The notes under the pieces were generated by a model, which did not search any database, had not been told where the DNA came from, and was given only the letters and a program-made list of their open reading frames with translations. The translations under genes and the position numbers were made by a program. Shown here one piece after another: positions 13,253 to 26,100 of a stretch of 64,000 nt of DNA. The DNA is from Hydrolagus affinis (lineage: Eukaryota), in contig JAAILG010000371.1 of assembly GCA_012026655.1 (NCBI GenBank), forward strand, positions 1 to 64,000, given 5' to 3'. The first letter of the stretch is position 1. Each line of letters starts with the position of its first letter.

Positions 13253-13689
13253 TTAGTTATTTGCCTGCAGAATACGCAGTCATTACACCTGACAGTAAAT
13301 CCTGCAAAGCACTTTGAAACTACTTCTTGACATGAAAGATGCTATTTTAATCATAAGGTGTGTTATATTTGTTGCTTTGGGGCATCTTTCTTGACTAAGC
13401 AGTTTCTTTGCAATAGAAGCTGTATATTAAGCTGCACAATAACGTTTGCCCATTACTCATGGTATGATATATATGCATAATTTAGTTTGCTTGCAAAGAA
13501 TTAAATAATAGTTTTTAAAGCAGTATAAACACACTTTTTGGAAATGTAGTCAAATACGACAATAGACAATATTCAGAAGGCAATACAGTTAAGTGAACTG
13601 TGCGATATTATTGGTGAACTTACTCATTCCCTCACCCCATAGCTATCCTCAAAGGTTACATCCATGCGTAGAATTAGGCACTGTCTTAC

Positions 13690-13853
13690 CACCTTGTAAA
13701 TGGTAGCGTTTTACTGACTTCCTGTGAGATATTGGATAAACAAATAATGAGAGTAATCAGCAGACAAAAGCAGAAAAAGGTGAGTGAGAATATTCCGGAC
13801 TCAGGTTCACAGATGTTACCACTAATGACAGTTTTCGGGGTGGAAGAGTCCAT
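13690..13853 (-). other. Candidate exon encoding a single hydrophobic segment
   Basis: ttgtgttacag|ATG...AGGTG|gtaaga; open only in frame 0: MDSSTPKTVISGNICEPESGIFSLTFFCFCLLITLIICLSNISQEVSKTLPFTR. Confidence 0.3.
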
Positions 13854-14333
13854 CTGTAACACAATTGACATAATAAATATGGAACGTAACAGCATCCTAT
13901 TATCACTGTAACAATGGAGTCTATACACACACACACGCACACACATACACATAACACATATTTTCCAATGTGTCCAATAACATCTTGCATTTATATAATA
14001 CCCTTCATGCAGGATAATGTCTCAGAGCACAGCAAGAAACAAGATTGAGACAGTGTCATTTATGTTTTATTGTTCCCATCTCACTAATATCTAAATGGTT
14101 CTCTGGACAACGTAGAACAGTGGAAAACTAGACACACAAATAATGTAATCTAATGACCTTAGCATTTTACAAGAAAGTCTGTGAATCATCCAATGGGATA
14201 TGCATTGCATCAATCGTGAAGATCACAGCCTCTGGGCTTATTGAGCAACTCACCGCTTGAATCTTATTTATTCAGTACTCAGGAGCCATTTGATGCCATC
14301 ATCTCACGTAGTTGTCTTAGATCACTTAGATCT

Positions 14334-14400
14334 ATCACTCCTATGATAAAGGCTTTGTATCATGGTGATGATGATACAAAGCCTTTCTCATAAGAATGAT
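14334..14400 (-). repeat. Near-perfect 30-bp inverted repeat (hairpin)
   Basis: atcactcctatgataaaggctttgtatcat-ggtgatg-atgatacaaagcctttctcataagaatgat. Confidence 0.9.
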
Positions 14401-15530
14401 CAATGATTGATCTATGCTAACTCGTATTTCCAGCTAGCCTCAGCCTGAAAAAAACATTGAGAGGAGAAATCTCAGGAATCAAGGTTAGTGCTCCAGATAT
14501 AAATACAGAGTTCACAGGTGTAAATATAGAGGTCCTTAGGTAATATACAACTAGTCTTGGAGGGGCATGTGTTTATTTCCACTGGTGTAGTTTGTGTGGA
14601 GTGGAGTTTTCTCTGTTAATCCACTTGGGAAAAAGGTACTTTTATATTCAAGCATGTATGATCATCTTCATATTATTAGTCCATGTTGATTTCTTGCTTT
14701 CTTCTGGTAAGAAGGATGTTGTTATAATAATTCTTACATTTGATATATCATATGATATATGTGATGTCTCAAGGTCCTTTACAGAATATACTGTGAAGTG
14801 AATTGACTGCATATTTTTGAGCAAAACACCACAACTTTCTCCATAGAGAATTGCACACAGCAGGGTCCCACAAACAGTCGTGCATCGAGTGATCAAATTA
14901 TTAATAGACAATAGAGAATAGACAATAGACAGGGTAGAGTCTCAGAACACGTAATGGTGGCAGAATTTTGCGCTGAGCTGGGGGTAGAGGTGGGGAGGGG
15001 GAGTGGGAGGAGGTGAGGGGTGGCAGCGGAGGGATGGGTGGGAAAGGTGTGGGTGGGACCATAAACAAGGCTACGAGGAAGCTCTTCAACTATTATCTGG
15101 AGAAGGCAAGGTGATTGAAATCTTGTGGTGGATTTTGAAGGGAGGGGATGGGGGGCAGGATTACTGTAGAATGGAATTCCAGAGGGTGAGGGCGGAGTGG
15201 CATTGCATCGCCAATGATGGGGTGGGGGTGGGTTGGCAAGGCAGGGAACAAGATACAGGCTGGAGCCTGCTGAGCGGAGGGAGCAGGCAAGGTGGTAGGG
15301 GGTTAGGAGGTTGCAGAAATTTATGGGCATGAAGATTTTTTTTAAAAAAGAGAACAATGCTCTGCATTATAAGTTCTTCCCAATATTGAGATGCTTGGAT
15401 CTTCAAATGCAAGCTTTGAGAATGTTAGCACCAAATGTAACCGTCATAAATGTACTTGACTTAATACAGGCCTAATGGACACCGTTTGAAGAATAATGTT
15501 ATCATAGCCTGTAAAATAAGCAGGTAATGA

Positions 15531-15630
15531 NNNNNNNNNNNNNNNNNNNNNNNNNNNNNNNNNNNNNNNNNNNNNNNNNNNNNNNNNNNNNNNNNNNNNN
15601 NNNNNNNNNNNNNNNNNNNNNNNNNNNNNN
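15531..15630. other. Assembly gap (100 N)
   Basis: Run of N. Confidence 1.
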
Positions 15631-18600
15631 AGCATTCAGGGTATTCTGCCCCTGCTCGCTGGAATTCCATCTGCTTTACTCCCTCCTTCCCCACTTTTAA
15701 TCCTGTTTTAAGACGTATAATTAGGACACACTTTTCAGTCTTCTTTTCCCCACAACTACCCTCTGAAGCTAGGGTGCCCAATCAGCAATGTGAAGCACTT
15801 TGAAACATCCTCCCAACGCAAATGGCGCTACATAAATGGAAATTGTTATTGTTGCAATTATCACTGGTGGTAAGTCTCACGCCACACAAAAAAAATGACT
15901 TTGGTCATTAAAATGTTGAGAATTATCAGTGATGTAGATACAAGGAAGCTGTTTGACTTGTACTGTGAGAGCAAACCTGAAGGACACTGGTTTAAAATTA
16001 ACCTGCCTGAAGTGAGACTAGAGATTAGGAAGACTTTTTTCCCACAGTGTGCTGGGTAAATGAAGCAATCTCTGAACAAAATCAACTTATGCTGTGTTGA
16101 TTAACTCTCGGAAAAAGAAGCTGGATAAATATTTGTTTGGGTGTGGGATTGAAGGTTATCACCACAGGTGGACTGAGATGATCCAATACGTCACTGGTCC
16201 AGTATTTATTTGGTCAGATGGGTATCTGACACATGTGGAAACCTATCACTGTGCTTAAAGGGTCCTCACCAGACTGTTTGGAATGTAGTGCACATTCTCA
16301 TTTTTATTAGTGGAGATGTTGGGATAAATTGATATTTCACCTGATTTATTTCGGGGACCAGGGAATATATATCAAGAATTTTTCTCCAGAAGATTAAATT
16401 GGATGAAATTACAAATTGATAATGATAAAATAATAATCTTTGCAGTTGATGTAGAGCCACTTAGTTGGAAGGAAGTCTCGAATCCCTTCACAGGAGTTTT
16501 GCTAAAGCACATTGATTAGATATTTGCTGATGAAACATGGTAGTCAATTTGCACACAGCAATGTCCCACAAACTGCCATTACGTGAATGACCAATTTTAT
16601 TAGGAGGATTCTTGATCAGGCCACCAGGAGAAACTTCATTCTCATTTTCAATAGTGCCATGGGATCTTTAACACCCTCCTCAACAGGCAGACAGGACTCA
16701 GTTTAGTGGCTTACCTGAATTAAGTTGCGGAGTTAAGAATTCACAAACCCAATTGATTTTACAATTTGATATATTGAGTTCTGTGGTACTGTCAGGTTAA
16801 AAAAAGCAGTTTATTGATTTTTTTAAATGTCTCAGCATCTATTCATGTTTACATGATCTCAGTACATTACCTCACACTGACTTTATAACAGCTATGCGTA
16901 CGAGGACTTGTGTCACAGCTGGACAGGACAATCTAACACTCTTTTGCTGGGAATGATTAACCTTTTACTCATTCATTTTCTGCTGTTGGCCAGATGAAGA
17001 AAGCAAAGAATGTGCAATTTTAGAAGTCGATCATGTCAAAAGACAAATCATCAACTGTAGTAGCCATTTTTGTGAGCAAACGCTTCGACCAGTAATGCCC
17101 TATAAACAGCAAGGATCTCTTCCTCTCCCTGCTTTCAAACACTTTTTTGAAAACCCATCGTTTAACCATGCCTTTGGTCAACACCCTTGAATTCTCCTTT
17201 GTCTCCTCACTACTCTTTCCATCTCTGTGAAGCTGTTATAGATTTCTGTTTCTTTGACTTGAGTGCATGGTTTACGAAAGGTTACCATAAAGTGTGTACT
17301 TTGTAAAATATAAATGATGTTTCCACAGATCACCATCAGTTACTTTCTGCTCTCTGGACTCTTCCCTCTGGAAATCCCTGCAACTCGCACTCTGCTTTTA
17401 AAACCTTCTAAAAAACTACTTGTTTAACGGCACCTTAATAATAACAATAATAATAATCCTTGCATTTGATATAGTGCATATCACGTCTTTTAGACTTCTC
17501 AAAGAGCTTCCCAGAATATATTGTAAACTGAATTTTTTTTCTTAAATATAATTATTAGGACTGTAGATTCACTTCTTGTTCAAACACTCTATATTCCATC
17601 TTTGTCAAATTTTCTCATAAAGAACATTGAAATATGAAGCACGTTATATAAAGGCATGTTGATGTTGTTTGATGGGTGCCAATACAGCAAAAAGATTTGA
17701 TCCTGGAACCAATTTGTGCCCAGCTTTTATACCAGTCTGAGATTTCATTCCCTTCGAGTATTAGGGAATTGTGTCAGCCTAGCTCAGGGGTAACACTCTT
17801 GCCTCGTGGGCAGAAGATTGTTGATTCAAGCCCTACAATGGGACATTATGTAGCATGCTCCATGTGGGCAGAACATTCCAAAGTGAAACGTTGCCTCACG
17901 AGAAAGGTGCTATATCAATACAAGTTGTTTTTGTTGTTGGATTGGCACCCAAGCTGCAAGTGGTTGTTGACGGGGGTGGAGAGGGGGAAGATGACCAAAA
18001 GTGTGGTGAAAGAGGTATGTTTCTGACACAGACAAAAACCCCTTACCATGCTTAAGAGTATCAAAACCAAACTATTATCAGTTTCAGATATGTAGGGTTT
18101 CTGTTTGCCCAATAAGTGTTTGTCCAATGTGCATTCTTTTCTCAGAGGGATGCATTCTACTTATCTAATCCTAAAGAGTTTAGGTACGCACTGGTTGTCA
18201 AGAGCCAAAGCTTGAGGAACCCCAGAGCGTGTTCTTGGAGTTACTGCTGGTGTTTAACCAGCTAAAATCAGCCATTGCAAACACGGAGAACCCTTCTGTT
18301 GCCTGCCTAGCTAGGATCATTTGTGTTTGAATGACCAAAGTACAGATAATTGTAATTCCTATGTGATTATAGAAGACAAGCAAAACAAAGCAAGAGACAT
18401 ATGGCGACTATCTAATGATAGCACAGTGTGAGAAAAGTGAAAATATTCCACTCCTGTATTTTTTCTAGATGTGGTGCAGAATTGTTCTCATTGCAGCGGG
18501 TTGAGGTCAGCTGAACAATCATATATGATCAATGAAACAGCCATTAAGTCCTTCAGGTATGAAACATTGAAAAGCCAGAAACAGAGCAAACCCAACCACT

Positions 18601-21129
18601 ACATTTATTCTTTTAACAGCATTTCTTGTTGGGTCTTACTGACCTGTGTGAAATTCTGCTTTTTTTCATTGCTCCATAGAGATTTCTGTAAAGCAATCAC
18701 AGAGCCAATGTAGTTAGGGTGTAAAACTGCACCTTTCAAAGATAATGAAAAACATCAGCATACAGAACTTAGTTAAGTGTCTGGAAAATAATAGCACTGA
18801 GCACCTATTGTGAATGGGCAGAGAAAGCAAATGTGAACTGCAGGGGGTTGTTGAAATTCCCTGTAACATAGCAGAACTTTACATTCTGATTCTGTGAATT
18901 TGAAAGGTAAACCAGTTCTTGCTGCGAGCTATTCATTTCTCCAGTTAGAAATCAATGTTATCAACATAAAAGCAAAGTAAGTAATTACACTACTTGGGTA
19001 AATTCAAAGGTGCCTACTTGACAAAACTAAAATTCTGCAGGATCTGTTTAACATTAAGCAGTAAAAAATTCTTTCCAATTGCTGTATATTTTTATTATAG
19101 TGATTGGATACGGATATGTGGTCATATTCAGTAAATTGATGTCTGGCATTCTGCATAACTTCCAGGATCATAACAGCTAGTCCAAAACATGTCAGTTCTG
19201 GTTTGTGGAATATCAGCATAAACTCACCTATTTAAGTTAAATTAATTTGGCATTGAAAGGTGCTCTATCAACATCAACAAACTACATTTGTATAGTGCCT
19301 TTCTCATCGGGAGGATCTATGAATGTAAATTGTTGTCGTGTTCCACAAACTGCTAAAATTTGAGCGGTGGCAGGAACAATAATGGTTTTGGGTCAGATCT
19401 CATAAAAAATTGGACATTGAATAATCATCAACAACAACAACTTTGATTTATATAGCGCCCTCCATGCTGGATGGCATTTCAGAGCGTCTCAAGTAATGTT
19501 TAATAAATAATATTTGAAAAAATTAATACTAAAGGTAAATCACCAGTGACGATCGCAATATCGAATGCCGTTTATTTTTACCCCATTGTTCTTCATGTGG
19601 CTATATAATGATCAATTTAAGCTTCAAACAACTGGTTTCCATCTACAGACAAATGTTCTTTAGATGTATCAGAACAGGGATAGACAATTTGACACTAGCT
19701 ACACATTTACAAGATGCCATCAGGCAATCAATGGTAAATCATCACCTGAGATGTTTCCATATTTATCATTGGACGTCTTTTCATATTGTTTTCAGCTTTT
19801 CTGTTTCAAGGGGCATGTATCAGCATCAAAATCCATTCTTTAACGTATCAGGGTGAAAAATGTGACACGTGATTTTACCTCAATCATTTTTACATCAATC
19901 ATTTTACCTCATGCTGCACTTTTCCACATCCGCTTTATCAGTAAAGATACCTTTGAATGTTTCATTTTCCTTTATACTCGAACCTCAACAAATATTATAA
20001 TATTATCATAGTAATCCTTGCATAATCTTACAAAGTGCCATCTCCTGATCATCTTATAAATAGAGGGAACAGCGCACCCAGCACCTGAAGAACTGCTGTT
20101 CCCTGCTCAACCGAGTCACGTATCACTACTTTCTTTTACTTTGGTTTTAAATCCATTGAAACTAATTTGCTATTAATTGTAGGAGTCTTAATCCTTTCCT
20201 CAAATCTCATACATGCAATTTGATCAAGTCCCATCTGAAATTAAAATAAATTATTTCAGTTTTCTGCCCTCATTCTCTGGAGTGCAATCCAGGAGTCTTT
20301 TCGACCTGCTATCTCTCTTTCCTTCCCTCACTACATACAAAGGTGATAATGTTTATCTTTCCTCTCCTCATCCTCTCTGGCTCCGAGCTCCCAGCTTGGG
20401 TGTCCAGCCAGCGGTGACAAGCACGTTGAGGTGTGCCCCCCAATGTGAAAAGCACTATATAAATGTAAATTATATTGTATTATATTCACTGAGTTGCTTT
20501 CCTTCACCAATTTCAATAACTCTGTAAAGAATTCAATCAGTGTAGTGAGGCATGACCCTATTGCTTTTAAATCCGCACTGAATAAACTTTATGGTTTCCA
20601 CGCTTATTTGACAAACATTGATAGTATCTACTAAAAAGCTCTCCAGCAATTTCCCCACCACAGATGTTAAGGTTAACTGGTCTCTAATTCCCTAGATTCA
20701 AGTTTCACTCTTTTTGTTTAATATCAGAATAAGATTTGTGACCGCCTCGTCTCATGACAGCTCGTGACTTTATTGAACATCTGAAAATGTGGCAGACGCT
20801 CACCTCATTACTATTTAATTTCCTTATGGATCTATCCTATTTCTCCTTGGCATCCTGCAACATTTGTTACTGTCTGTGCATACACGTACAGACCTATCAT
20901 GGTGTTTGTGTGTGTGTGCACGCGCTTGTGTATGTTTATGGGCAACGTCAACGTATGAATTAAAATGATTGTTTGGATATTTTGTTTGTAATATTATTTT
21001 CAGAATATTAATGTGAAGAATTGGGAGGGGAAAGCTAAGCGATGAGGTCACACAGAGAGAAAACTCTACACTCACAGCCAGGAAGCCAGTCCAGGCTTGA
21101 GTATTTGAAAACAGCGCTACGTAAATGCT

Positions 21130-21640
21130 CACCAGACTCTCCAGCTCTGCCCTAACAAGCTGAACTGTACAATCTTCAACTCATGTCCTCTTCTACACCA
21201 GGCCCTATGAGCCTATCACCCATGTCCTCAAGGCACCACTGGTTCCCATTCCCAAGTGGGTCAAACTTGAAGATTCTTGTTATTACATTGAAATCCCTCA
21301 ATGGCTTCTGCACTCACTACCTCTGTGCTTTCCTGGAAACCCACCAACCTATCCTTCTTCCTTCTGCTGCTCAAAAAGCACCAGGTTGTTTTTTGTCCCC
21401 CACCCGATCCACTCAAACATCGATTGGAGAGCTTTCAGTCATTCTGCGCCACTCTCTGGACCTTCAATTCAGATACGCTGCCCCTCCCCACCCCCGGACA
21501 CACACACAGACACTTCCCTATCTCTATGCTTTTAAAGCCAACATTTAAAGATCTTTGACTGCACTTTTGGCTTCCCTCCCCACTCCCACTAGTCAACTGT
21601 GTGAAACACTTTGAGGCATCCGCCTGAAATTGAAAATCCC
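21130..21640 (+). mobile_element. Degraded L2 ORF2 3' end
   Basis: ORF 21183 HWFPFP...LKILVITLKSLNGFCTHYL resembles the L2 motif LHWLP...FKILLLTYKALNGLAPxYL. Confidence 0.75.
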
Positions 21641-22826
21641 TAAGGAAGAAACATTTCAATTTGGGGGAGGGGTGGTCAGTTCAATAGTCCAAACCTGACA
21701 TTAAGGACATTTTTAACAACACTCTATGCTGTTGTGAATATTATCATATCATAAACCTATTCTTGTTCCCCGCCTATCTCTCTGCAGTTATTAAAATTAT
21801 TGTTCTAGGTTTACCTTTAAATCTCATTTAAAATGTTGCAATTCTCTCGAACGTTCCATCTGAAAACTGACTATTGTCCAATTTTCACTGTGGGACATGA
21901 ATGAAAGGAACTGCTTACATTCACACTGAGTAAAGCAGTTTAGTAAGCAAGTGGAATGCTGCGTCTAAACACTCTTTAACATTCCTTGAGCATTAACATT
22001 TTATACCTCCAGCAAGGTGAAACTGGTTGGAAACTTCATTTGCTAATTACTCCAATGGGAACTGGAGCTATTATTTCTGCAAGCAAAGAAATAGCCGAGT
22101 AAAGACTGATCATCACAGCTGTCCATAAAATGCTCCATGCTAATTTCCGTCCCAGTAGGTATTGTATTTGTTGGTGTCTCGTCAGTTCCTGTTAGTTTGA
22201 GGGCATTGGAGTAGTGACATTTCAAAGACGTAACAGTATATGCTTCACGGTCACGGCCCTCCACGTTAGAGCAACTTCACTGCTGCTGAGAGCCTCTGAT
22301 AACAAGATGATCAAGTCAACCGTGGAATGTGGAGCTCAATGACTTGCCTTGCTTCAGTGTTAACATTTTCAAGATTCCATGTGGCTACTCCAAACACTGT
22401 TTTTTAGAGTATTAATTTCACGCTGTTCTGGAGTATTGAGTCAACTATTTATATTGTTGGATGTGAAGGAATTTAGGAAAGTTCTATTGCATCACAAACA
22501 ATGAGCTGTCCAGCCACAGGTTTCCAGATACTCTAATCCACTGCTGTCTATATTACCATCGGCAGCACAGTAAGCTTCTTAAGATTGCATTGATTTGAAT
22601 TATTCAAGTACAACTCTAATAAACATAACTGAGGCATATGAACTTGAGATGCCAAAGCAGATTGTGAAAGGTGTGATATATAAATGTAAATTATTGTTGC
22701 TTTTTCGGTAAATTTAACCAACATTATTCTACAGGGAACCTTTGATTTTCTGTTGCTCTGTGAATTTACCTTGGCAGTGATCTTATGTATAATGGAGTAC
22801 CATCAAGTTCAGTTACTTCATGGTAC

Positions 22827-23134
22827 AATAATAATAATCATAATCTTTGCTTTTGATATGGCCCTTTTCACATCTTCTGGAAGTCTCAAAGAGCTTCACA
22901 GAATATACTGTAAAGTGAATTGACTATATTTTGTGGGTGAAACGCGGCAGCCAATTCGCATAGCAGTGTCCCACAAAGAGCTGTGGATTGAAATGACCAA
23001 TTTATTTCTTTTGAGGGATTATTATTAGGTGTGTGGACTAAGGAAACTTGCCCAAGGTTTTGCCTTGCCTGGAATTGAACCCAGGTCTCTCGCTTGCAAG
23101 ACGAGTGCTCGAACCACTGAGCTAGAGGACTCCC
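22827..23134 (-). mobile_element. Full-length tRNA-derived SINE with (ATT)n tail
   Basis: Reverse complement begins ggagtcctctagctcagtggttcgagcactc...gggttcaattcc; central tgtgggacactgctatgcgaattggctgccg; L2-like 3' tail. Confidence 0.9.
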
Positions 23135-23928
23135 CTGTACAAGTGAAATAAGGTTCATCCTCCGATCTACTAGGGCCAGTAAATTTCTGTGCTGTACATT
23201 CCCCGTAAATCTATGTAATAGTTACCCTGGTAGTGATCTTATAATCGGAATGTCCCAGTAAAATTGGATACCATTGATCAGAGAATCATCCGCAAATGAA
23301 CTCAAGTTCCTATTGTTTCTGATCTTGCGGAAAGTTTTTTTTCCTTATGTCAGGTGCCAGGCAAGATGCTTTCAGCTGGCCCAGAGAAGCCATACTTTGG
23401 GGTCAATTTAATTGTACTGTACATGCAATATTCATCATATTAAACATATCCAGATGTTCATGAGGTAGAAGATTGCGGCTCTTGGCTTTTGACTGCGGTG
23501 AAGGGAATATGAGCCTCCTGTATTCTAAAAATGCCCAGCAACACGGGTATTTTCATCAAAAATCATATTGAAGGAGAGAAATCAGCTTCCTGCACACCAA
23601 ATAAATTTAAATGGTGGTAAACCACCAATTTCCCCTCATTCCTAAGTAATCAGCCTCTGCACCTCTGCTGACTTCTGCTGCCTCATCAGTATCCTAAACC
23701 ATACATCCTAAAACCTTTCCAGCGCCTTCGGACGTCCTCCTGACGTGAAAGGGGCTATACAAATGTAATTTTGTTGTTGTTGTTGTTTCTGCTGCTTCAT
23801 CAAGTCTGAAGAAGTTGTTCTCTGAGATTCTCCAATCTCCTCCTTGCTCCCATCCTATACTCTTCACAGCAAAATGGTTGCTACACCTCAACGTACCCCT
23901 CCCATCAAAGCACAGAGAAAGGATCAAT

Positions 23929-24322
23929 CTGGCTCAGTTGGAAGCACTCTCATCATAAACATGTGGATTTGAGCTCCAGAAGGAGCTTTGAACTCATATG
24001 ATCTATGTTGATAATTCAGTGCAGTGCTGGGTGTGTGCTGCATTGTTTGAGGTGCTGTCCTTTGGATGGTACGTTAAACTGAGGCCCCATCTGCCTGTTC
24101 AGGTGGACTGTAAAGATCCCATGGCATTATTTGAATGGAGGCAGAGTTGCCAACAAATAAAATTGGTTACTCTTCGTGGCTGCTTGTGGAATATTATTGT
24201 ATACAAATTGACTGCTGCAACATTCACCTACAAAATACCATATCAATAAATGCTGTGAAGTGCAATAAGACACCCTCCTGGCATGAAAGGCACGATATCA
24301 AATGCAAGCAATATTATTATTA
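23929..24322 (+). mobile_element. Deu-domain SINE (SacSINE-like), near full length
   Basis: ggctcagttggaagcactc head; gttaaactgaggccccatctgcctgttcaggtggactgtaaagatcccatggcattattt core; L2-type tail. Confidence 0.8.
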
Positions 24323-25789
24323 TTCTTATGACACGTGTGATTGCGACTGTAATTGTGACTACATCGGCAGTTGAGTGCTTCTCTTTCATCCAATTGACAA
24401 ACTCTAGTCTGAGACTTCAAAACAGAAAAGTTATCAGCATAAAACAGCAACATTGTGATGTGCTTCTCCTCTCATTGAGAAACATTCAACACACAACCTC
24501 ACCTTCACATCCCACGTGTGACTTTGTTCTTCATGGGTTACAAGGTTAGATTATTCGTTGAATAATTATGATGCTTAATGAGTCGTCATAAATACCCTTA
24601 ATAAAAGCACAGTAATAAATATGCATTTATGTCGATAAACTGATTAGTGCAAATAAGGCTTTCAGGATTGAATAAGTATTCCTTTACAATTCTCAAAACA
24701 AAAACAGGGCAAACTAATAAAACACATGAATAAAAGACATGAAAGGTCCATCCTTCCCCTGTACTGTAGGTATGTAGTAATTAAACCACACTGGCCTAAG
24801 TGTGCCAATTTGTCTTAATAAATTTCTGCATGAGCTTTCAAATAAAGGCTAGCATCAGCAGATGTATTAGCAATAGTACAGAAGTTAGGGTTGAAAGTTA
24901 ATTGCCTATTTAATCAGGTCACTGGAATCACATTGGTGCCACAGTATTGATCCATCCCTTTTTTGACTATTTGATTAAACACCAGGATCAATCTTTTCTT
25001 TTCCCTGTCTACATTGTAAATACAGTAAACTTTCTCTACTCCAACCTTTCTATTTGAGAGGAAAATAATGGTTACTCAATCCATGACTCTTTGTGGGACA
25101 CTGCTGTGCGTAATTGGCTTCCACATTTCAGCCACAAAATACAATCCAATATACAGTGTATTTTGTGCTTTATGTGCTTTAAGCTACATCGATGACACAA
25201 TAAGGCATTATAGCAAATACAAGAATTATTGTTATATTAGCAATAAAGGGAACTGGATCAATACCTGAGCAGTAAAACCAAATACGGGATTCGGGCAAAG
25301 AATTAAGAAAATAAGATGACAGAAAAGAGGGTGCTTACGAGGTAACACAGGAATGGCAAAGGCTCAATTGGTTTTCTTCTATCTGAAAGATCCTATGCTT
25401 TTCTTGATCTATTACTTATCTCCCAACAGAGCCTATAGATTCTTTTAACAGAGAATTAGGCAGATATTTGAAAACAGGAATATTAGGAGCAAGCAGGAAA
25501 TTATAATTAGATTGTCTCATGTGGGCAAAAAATCAGCAACATTCTACAGGGTTAAATCTGTAGTGTTTAATGATGATTGATCTCATTGAATGTATAATCC
25601 ATCACTGAAAATTAGCTAGTGTTTCCTATTCATTGCTGGCTCCCTTGCCCCACCTGAATATACATCAGGGTTTATCAAAAGCTAGATAGAAATAATAATA
25701 ATAATAATAATAATAATAATCCTTGTATTTGACATATTGCCTATCATGTCTCAAAGAGCTTCACAGAATATATTGTAAAGTGGAATGAT

Positions 25790-26100
25790 TGCATGTGAGA
25801 GTTAACAGGATTGATGCCCGCAGTATTTTCAGTATTTTCTTTCAGGACAATACTTTCAGATGTACCAAGAAAGTGGAACAACAGGACATGGGTTTTGTTT
25901 CACTATAGGTACCACTAAGTTTATTTTTACTCGGAGTGTAATTAATGATAGGAATATGTTGTCGGGAAACAAAGTTGATTTAAAAAGCAAATTAAAGGTT
26001 TCTATAATTACCAGGAAGCAAAGGTGGAGTTTATGATCTAGTGCAAAAAGTTTCAGGTGAGGAAAGCCATTTATCCCATTCGATCTTATCCCTCCAGAAT
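25790..26100 (+). mobile_element. Highly degraded CR1 3' end
   Basis: ggaacaacaggacatggg (RTxGH-like)...tttatttttactcggagtgtaatt; a SINE tail (AAT)10 lies just upstream at 25691-25720. Confidence 0.55.

Noticed and set aside
25691-25720. (AAT)10 and other AAT/AAC microsatellites
   Set aside because: These are the terminal repeats of SINE and L2 copies, not independent features.
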